Below, piece by piece: positions 6,344 to 11,332 of a DNA stretch of 11,332 bases; positions within the stretch are counted from its first letter, which is position 1; the number at the start of each line of letters is the position of its first letter. The translations under genes and the position numbers were made by a program. The notes below the pieces were generated by a model, which saw only the letters and a program-made list of their open reading frames with translations, did not search any database and was not told where the DNA came from. The DNA is from an uncultured Janthinobacterium sp. (GTDB lineage: Bacteria; Vulcanimicrobiota; Vulcanimicrobiia; Vulcanimicrobiales; Vulcanimicrobiaceae): contig CAZZXB010000053.1 in the NCBI GenBank assembly GCA_964658025.1, positions 1 through 11,332 of the forward strand, written 5' to 3'.

Positions 6344-7506
6344 GCGGGGGGCCGGAGGGGTCCCGCGGTGCGGGCGGTCGTCGCGCGGGATCGGCCGCGC
6401 GCGATGAGCGTCGCGTAGAGATCGATGAGCCGGTCGCCGAGCGCGCCGCGGTCGAACCGCCACGCCGATGCCGGGACGGCGCGGGACGGCGCGGCGAGAC
6501 GCTCGCGCAGCGCCGCCGCGAACGCGTGCGGGTCGTCCGAGTCGACGAGCGTCTCCGCTCCGCCGAGCACGTCGCGCGTCTGCGGCGTATCCCGCGCGAC
6601 GATCGGCGTGCCGGCGGCGAGCGCTTCGACCAGGACGAGGCCTTGCGTCTCGCTCCGGCTCGCGAACGCGAGCACGTCGGCCGACGCGTAGACGTCGGGG
6701 AGTTCGGAACGGACGAGTTCCCGCACGAACGTCGTGCGCGACGCGATCCCGAGTCGGGCCGCCTCGCGTTCGAGCGCGACGCGGTGCGGGCCGTCGCCGA
6801 CGATCGCGAGACGCGCGCGCGAATCGTCCGCGCGCGCGAATGCGGCGAGCGCGAACTCGATATTCTTCTCGCGACCGAGTCGACCGACGACGAGCACGAG
6901 CGCGTCGTCCGATCGCGCGCCGAGTCTCGCGCGCACCGCATCGCGACGACGACCCGCGGCGAACGCGCCGACGTCGATACCGCTCGGGATCACGACGATC
7001 GGCGACGTCACGCCGAGATCGCGCAAGCGCCGCTCCATCGCGGCGGTCGGAACGACGACGGTATCGGCGTCGTTCGCGAACGATCGCGTGACGAACGATG
7101 CGGCGGCGCGCGTCGCGCGCGCTTCGAACGGAACGTAATGCGCGTACGCTTCCAACTGCGTGTGATAGGTGAAGACGAGCGGAACGCGCGCGCGACGCGC
7201 GTATCGCGCGGCGAGCGCGCCCGTTACGAACGGCGAGTGCGCGTGCGCGATCGCGAGTTCGCCGAGCGACGACGGAAGATACGGAATCGTCAGACGATAC
7301 GACGTCGGCGTCGGAAGCGGTAACGAGGGGACGCGCACGACGGTCGTCCGATCGCGATCGCGATAGCGCGGCATGTGGGGCGTGACGATTATCGGAACGT
7401 GATCCCGTTCACGAAGCGCGTGCGCGAGCGCGTCGATCGACGATACGATACCGTTTTGTATCGGCCGATAACATTCGGTAAACAGCCCGACGCGTACGGC
7501 CTCCAC
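6340..7506 (-). CDS. Glycosyltransferase family 4 (diacylglycerol glucosyltransferase/UGDG-like)
   Basis: Motifs RVGLFTECYRPIQNGIVSS, HAHSPF, FTYHTQLEAYAHY, VGRLGREKN and the EX7E motif ETQGLVLVE-ALAAG. The start is placed at GTG 7506 just before the first beta strand, rather than 7566, which runs through the AT-rich promoter region. Confidence 0.88.
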   Translation of the reverse strand: MEAVRVGLFTECYRPIQNGIVSSIDALAHALRERDHVPIIVTPHMPRYRDRDRTTVVRVPSLPLPTPTSYRLTIPYLPSSLGELAIAHAHSPFVTGALAARYARRARVPLVFTYHTQLEAYAHYVPFEARATRAAASFVTRSFANDADTVVVPTAAMERRLRDLGVTSPIVVIPSGIDVGAFAAGRRRDAVRARLGARSDDALVLVVGRLGREKNIEFALAAFARADDSRARLAIVGDGPHRVALEREAARLGIASRTTFVRELVRSELPDVYASADVLAFASRSETQGLVLVEALAAGTPIVARDTPQTRDVLGGAETLVDSDDPHAFAAALRERLAAPSRAVPASAWRFDRGALGDRLIDLYATLIARGRSRATTARTAGPLRPPA

Positions 7507-7572
7507 CGAAAAGTAATTACACGGCCCGTTACGTGGAAGCCTATCTCCTTCCGTCAAGAGATACAAAACGAT

Positions 7573-7601
7573 TTGACGACCTCGCGCGACTGTGTTACCT
7601 T
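7573..7601 (+). promoter_or_regulatory. Sigma70/SigA-type promoter: TTGACG (7573-7578) - 17 nt - extended -10 TGn-TACCTT (7593-7601)
   Basis: 5/6 -35, 17-nt spacer, TG extension and TAnnnT -10, with an AT-rich stretch upstream. The predicted TSS (~7607-7608) coincides with the first base of a stem-loop. Confidence 0.75.
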
Positions 7602-7607
7602 GGCCGA

Positions 7608-7782
7608 GTTCTGACGGTCGCCGTACCCCCGCGACCGAACATCAGAGCGTGGTTTCCTTCCGCATGGTGGAAGGGTCAGCCGCTACTTTGCAAACTTGCG
7701 CGAACGCGACTTCGAGCGACGCCCCCGGAAATGGGCGGTGTCGCGAGGTAACGATTTCGATGCAGTCCAGAAAGGAGCCGTG
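7608..7782 (+). promoter_or_regulatory. Long structured 5' leader (candidate cis-regulatory RNA), family not recognised
   Basis: Three manually paired hairpins: 7608-7648, 7649-7683 and 7709-7749 (GAAA tetraloop). The leader ends in SD AAAGGAG at 7771-7777. Confidence 0.5.
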
Positions 7783-8820
7783 TTGATCTTCAATGATCGA
7801 GCGCATTCGCGAGTACTTTCCAGCGGGCTCATAAGTCTCGGATTTTTTCTCTTCGCATCCCTCCCCGCAAGCGCCGACGCGAACGACGCGACGCAAGGCG
7901 CGAACGTCGTGTCGACGGTCACGCTCGTGAGTGCGGGCCGCACGGAAACCTTCGCGACGACGGCGTCGAGCATCGGCGATCTCCTGCAGGAACGCGGCAT
8001 CCGCGTGGGCCGCGGCGATTACGTCTCCGCTCCGCTCTCGAATCCCGTGACCGACGGGTCGCGCGTGGTCTATCGCTCCGCCGAGACCGTCAAGCTCGTC
8101 GTCGGCTCGGAGCACCGCACCGTCCGCAGTTCCGCCGAAAACGTCGGAGCGCTCCTGGTTCGCGAACGCGTCGCGCTCGGACCCGGAATTCGCGTCTCCC
8201 CGCGCGTCGACGAAGCGATCTATCCGGGCGAAGTCGTCCGCGTCGTGCACGTCCGCGTGTGGACGCGGGACGTCCCACAGCGGATCGCCCCGACGACGAA
8301 GGTTCGCAGCGATCGATCGCTCCCCGCCGGAACGGTGCGGACGATCTCGCGCGGTCGCGCCGGGATCCGCGTGACGAAGATCCGGATCGAGCAGCACGAC
8401 GGCGGGGCGCCGACGAAAACCGTGCTCGGCTATCGCATCGTCCGCTCGCAACAACCGCGGATCGTCGTCCACGGCTCGGGACCGAGCATCGCCTTCGCCG
8501 GCGTCGCCGCGCGCGGATTCAGCGGTGCGCTACACTTCGTCGGCGCGGCGCTCCACGTGATCGCGACCGCCTACACGGCGTCGTGTTACGGATGTAGCGG
8601 CTTCACGAAAAGCGGCGCGCACGCGGGGTACGGCGTCGTCGCCGTCGACCCGCACGTGATCCCGCTCGGCACGAAATTATTCGTTCCCGGATACGGTCGT
8701 GCCGTCGCGGGCGACACGGGCGGCTCGATCGTCGGTCACCGCGTCGATCTCGGCTTCGACAAACTCGCCGACGCGTTGCAATTCGGCCGTCGCACGGTCA
8801 CGGTCTACGTCGTAAAATAA
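7783..8820 (+). CDS. YabE/RpfB-like cell-wall protein: signal/TM + 2x DUF348 (ubiquitin-like) + G5 + 3D (MltA-like) domain
   Basis: TTG 7783 lies 5 nt after AAAGGAG (GTG 7780 is an alternative). Two repeats of T.A.(S/N)(I/V)G.LL....I/V; a G5 segment DRSLPAGTVRTISRGRAG...PRIVVHG; a 3D domain ATAY...VAVDPHVIPLGTKLFVPGYG.AVAGDTGG.I.G.RVDL with three Asp. It lies upstream of ksgA, as yabE and rpfB do. Confidence 0.92.
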   Translation: MIFNDRAHSRVLSSGLISLGFFLFASLPASADANDATQGANVVSTVTLVSAGRTETFATTASSIGDLLQERGIRVGRGDYVSAPLSNPVTDGSRVVYRSAETVKLVVGSEHRTVRSSAENVGALLVRERVALGPGIRVSPRVDEAIYPGEVVRVVHVRVWTRDVPQRIAPTTKVRSDRSLPAGTVRTISRGRAGIRVTKIRIEQHDGGAPTKTVLGYRIVRSQQPRIVVHGSGPSIAFAGVAARGFSGALHFVGAALHVIATAYTASCYGCSGFTKSGAHAGYGVVAVDPHVIPLGTKLFVPGYGRAVAGDTGGSIVGHRVDLGFDKLADALQFGRRTVTVYVVK

Positions 8821-9650
8821 ACGAACGACCGTCCCATCCGCGCGAGCTTCTCGCATCGCGCGGGATCCGTCCGAAAAAGCGACTCGGTCAACACTTTTTG
8901 ATGGACGGCGGCGCGGCGAGACGGATCGCGCTCGCGAGCGTCGACCGTCCGGGCGATCGCGTCGTCGAGATCGGCGCGGGGACGGGTGCGCTCACGCGAG
9001 CGCTCGTCGACGCCGGTGCGATCGTCACGGCGCTCGAGATCGACGACGATCTCGTCGAGATCCTACGCGCGCGCGACGATCTCTCGGGCGTCGAGGTGGT
9101 CGCCGCGGACGCGCTCGCGTTCGATTACGACGCCGCGGTGCCGGACGGTGCGTGGTGCGCCGCGGGAAACCTTCCCTACAACGTCGCGACGCCGCTCATC
9201 ATGCGCCTCATCGAGCTCCCGCGACCGCCGCATCGCATCGTCGCGATGGTCCAACGCGACGTCGCCGATCGCTTCGTCGCGCGACCGAGCACGCCGCAGT
9301 ACGGAAGCCTCACGCTCGCCGTCTCGTACGCGATGTCGGTGCGCCGCGCGTTCGCGCTCGGTCCCGCGGTGTTCCATCCGCGGCCGAAGGTGGATAGCGC
9401 GGTCGTCGTCATGGAGCGTCACGCGCGGCCTCCGGTCGAGACCCGCGACCCGGCCTTCCTACTGCAGGTCGTACGCGGGGCCTTCGCGTACCGCCGCAAA
9501 ACCCTGGCGAACGGTCTCGCGCTCTCGCTCCACATCGAGCGCGCGCGAACGCAGGCCGCCTTGAACGCCATGGGCGTCGATTCGGAGATTCGTGCGGAGC
9601 AACTCGACCTCACCGCTTTCGGCGCCCTCGCGGATCGCCTGGGCGCCTAA
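8817..9650 (+). CDS. rsmA: 16S rRNA m6,2A dimethyltransferase RsmA/KsgA (start non-canonical or uncertain)
   Basis: Motifs VVEIGAGTG, ALEID, GNLPYNV, MVQRDVA, F.PRPKVDSAVV and FAYRRKTL. The in-frame upstream extension encodes PRELLASRGIRPKKRLGQHFL (the conserved N-terminal motif) before the first canonical start (TTG 8898). The start is placed at ATA 8817. Confidence 0.93.
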   Translation: MNERPSHPRELLASRGIRPKKRLGQHFLMDGGAARRIALASVDRPGDRVVEIGAGTGALTRALVDAGAIVTALEIDDDLVEILRARDDLSGVEVVAADALAFDYDAAVPDGAWCAAGNLPYNVATPLIMRLIELPRPPHRIVAMVQRDVADRFVARPSTPQYGSLTLAVSYAMSVRRAFALGPAVFHPRPKVDSAVVVMERHARPPVETRDPAFLLQVVRGAFAYRRKTLANGLALSLHIERARTQAALNAMGVDSEIRAEQLDLTAFGALADRLGA

Positions 9651-10365
9651 CGCGTGGCCCGCGGGCTACGTCGTCCTGACGGTTATCGGTTTACTGGTGG
9701 TGATCGTCGTCTCCACGACGCTCTACGCGATCGTCGCGCGCGCGCTCGGCCATTTCGATCCGAAGTCGCCCGATACGTTGCTGCAGTTGCAGATCGCGGT
9801 CTACGTTCCGTGGGCGCTCTTCTTACTCGTCGTCCTGCCGCGGCTCGCGCGCGCGCCGCTCGCGGAACTCGGCTTCCGTAAACCGAGCGCGATCGATCTC
9901 GGCGTCGGCGTCGTCGGCGCCGTGGTGATGTGGATCGCCGTCAGCGGCATCGGTAGCGCGATCGTGGCGCTCTCGCATCAGAAAGCGGACGAAGCCGCGA
10001 TCGTCGTGCTCCACGGGCTCAAAACCCCATTCCAGAAGGCGTTGTTCGCCGCGATCGGGATCGTCCTCGGACCGATGGTCGAAGAACTGACCTTCCGCGT
10101 CTTCCTCTTCAACGCGTTCACGCGGTACGCGAGCGTGTTCGGCGCGGCGCTCGCGAGCGGCGCGCTTTTCGGTCTCGCCCACGTGCAGGGAGAGGCGAAC
10201 CAACTCGCCGGTCAGCTCCTCACGATTTCGATCCCGCTCGCACTCGGCGGGATGGTGCTCGCGTACGTGTACGCGCGCACGCGGTCGTATTGGTCGAACG
10301 TCACCGCGCACGGGCTCTTCAACGCGGTATCGATCGTCGCGGTCCTCGGCTTCCACGCGAAATAG
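9592..10365 (+). CDS. CPBP family (Abi/type II CAAX) intramembrane glutamic endopeptidase
   Basis: Multiple TM helices and intact motifs EELTFR (EExxxR), FGLAH (FxxxH) and HGLFN (HxxxN). GTG 9592 has GGAG 4 nt upstream and overlaps the rsmA 3' end by 59 nt; the start is uncertain. Confidence 0.9.
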   Translation: MRSNSTSPLSAPSRIAWAPNAWPAGYVVLTVIGLLVVIVVSTTLYAIVARALGHFDPKSPDTLLQLQIAVYVPWALFLLVVLPRLARAPLAELGFRKPSAIDLGVGVVGAVVMWIAVSGIGSAIVALSHQKADEAAIVVLHGLKTPFQKALFAAIGIVLGPMVEELTFRVFLFNAFTRYASVFGAALASGALFGLAHVQGEANQLAGQLLTISIPLALGGMVLAYVYARTRSYWSNVTAHGLFNAVSIVAVLGFHAK

Positions 10366-10369
10366 CGCG

Positions 10370-11332
10370 ACGCTCCGCGTCGCGGTCGACGCGGCGAACC
10401 TCGTTCGCGATCGTCGCGGGATGGGACGCCTCGCGCGCGCGGTCCTCGCCGAACTCGCGCGCGCGACGGACGTGCGGACGACGTATCTCGCGGGCGCGGC
10501 CGACGCGCGCGCGCTGCGGGGAGAATTTCCGGACGCGACGATCGCGCCGCCCGCGAGCGCCGCGTCGCGCGGCGCGTACGACGTCGCGTGGTATCCCTTC
10601 AACGGCATGCGCTTTCGATGTGCGGCGCCGGCCGTCGTCAGCATCGCCGACGCGTTCGCGTTCACGGAGCCCGCCCGCGACGTCGTCGGACGTCGGCGCG
10701 AGCGCGCGCCGATCGAACGCGCGGCGAGACGCGCCGCGCTCGTCGTCACGCTCTCCGCTTGGAGCGCCGAGGAGATCGCGCGCGAACTCCGCCTTTCGCG
10801 AGGGCGGATCGCGATCGTCCGACCCGATCCGGATCCCGCGTTCGTCCCGGGATTCTCGAGCGTCCCCGCGCCGCTCGCCGGAACGCGCTTCGTCGTCGTC
10901 GTCGGGGCACGCGAAGCGCGCAAGAACGTCCGTCTCGCGCTCGAAGCCGCGGCGCTCGCGCTCCGCGCACCGGGCGAGGCGCTCGTCGTCGTCGGCGAAC
11001 TCTCGCCGGAAGACCGCGCGTACGCGCGCGCGTGCGGCGCGCACGGCTACGAGATCGCCGCGAGCGACGCCGTGCTCCTCGCGCTCTTGCGCAACGCCGA
11101 CGTCGTGCTCGTGCCCTCGCTCGCCGAGGGCTTCGGACTCGTCGCCGTCGAGGCGCTCGCCTGCGGGACGCCCGTCGTCGCCTCCGACCGCGGCGCCCTC
11201 CCCGAAGCGACGGACGGCGCCGCGATCTCGCTCGATCCCCGCGACGCGCGCGCCTGGGCGGATACGATACGACGCCTCCTCGACGACCCGGGCGCCATGC
11301 GGGACGCGCGCGCGCGCGCGCGGGCGTTCGCC
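10370..11332 (+). CDS. Glycosyltransferase family 4 (MtfB/WbaZ-like), runs off the right edge
   Basis: Not in the ORF track because there is no stop in the window. Manual translation: (T)LRVAVDAANLVRDRRGMGRLAR...VVTLSAWSAEEI...VGAREARKN...VLVPSLAEGFGLVAVEALACGTPVVASDRGALPE (EX7E motif). The first canonical start is ATG 10421, but homology appears to begin at ~10373. Confidence 0.88.

Noticed and set aside
5864..6463. Apparent long N-terminal fusion on Mpg (405-aa ORF)
   Set aside because: It overlaps the RNase H-like gene and crosses the LexA-controlled promoter; Mpg homology starts near 5820-5840.
7515..7534. WalR-like direct repeat CGTAAC-N6-TGTAAT on the minus strand
   Set aside because: The spacer is 6 rather than the 5 nt of the TGTWAH-N5-TGTWAH consensus, and one half-site is mismatched.
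7529..7557. Minus-strand TTGACG as the -35 for the GT4 gene
   Set aside because: There is no TAnnnT -10 at 16-18 nt spacing.
7602..7700. c-di-AMP (ydaO) or c-di-GMP-I riboswitch in the 3D-gene leader
   Set aside because: Only fragments resemble them (GCCGAG, CCTTC, GTCAGC, GCAAAC). The core GGGGxxAAUC...GUAGG/CAGCUAAC and GAAA...GCAAAG elements are missing.
8584..8595. CxxC (CYGC) in the 3D domain as a novel metal site
   Set aside because: A CxxC right after the TAY motif is common in 3D-domain proteins; it is probably a simple disulfide.
8811..8822. -1 frameshift at GTA-AAA-TAA fusing the 3D protein to RsmA
   Set aside because: Only a 4-A run rather than a full slippery heptamer, and fusing a cytoplasmic rRNA methylase to an exported protein is implausible. 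A coupled ATA start is simpler.
11305..11323. (CG)n run and other GCGC/CGTCGT microrepeats
   Set aside because: They encode Ala-Arg or Val runs in frame and reflect the genome's CG bias; there is no repeat-spacer periodicity indicating CRISPR or VNTR.

Overview
GC-rich, CG-dinucleotide-rich bacterial chromosomal window of mostly housekeeping and envelope genes, split into two divergent blocks around ~7510-7600. The minus-strand block reads (right to left): GT4 glycosyltransferase, a small hypothetical protein, 3-methyladenine DNA glycosylase (Mpg/AAG), rluB, aroH, tyrA, a secreted TonB-C-terminal-domain/TPR protein, exbB, exbD, exbD and tonB (truncated by the window edge). The plus-strand block reads: a YabE/RpfB-like DUF348-G5-3D cell-wall protein, rsmA (ksgA), a CPBP/Abi intramembrane protease and a second GT4 (truncated). 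Gram-positive-type traits (AroH, GAAC-N4-GTTC LexA box, yabE-ksgA synteny) occur alongside a TonB/ExbBD motor, which suggests a diderm Terrabacteria lineage such as Eremiobacterota/Vulcanimicrobiota (inference only). Three signals stand out. (1) A perfect LexA box (TCGAACGTACGTTCGA) fills the spacer of a near-consensus sigma70 promoter that drives an apparently catalytically dead RNase HI-fold protein, ending in a VAA degron-like tail, followed by mpg; this is a candidate undescribed SOS module. (2) rsmA has no ATG/GTG/TTG upstream of its conserved N-terminal motif and appears to start at an ATA overlapping the upstream stop codon. (3) A ~175-nt highly structured 5' leader with a sequestered anti-Shine-Dalgarno precedes the 3D-domain/rsmA operon. 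No mobile elements, CRISPR arrays, tRNA or rRNA genes were seen. All family calls come from manual motif recognition, not database searches.
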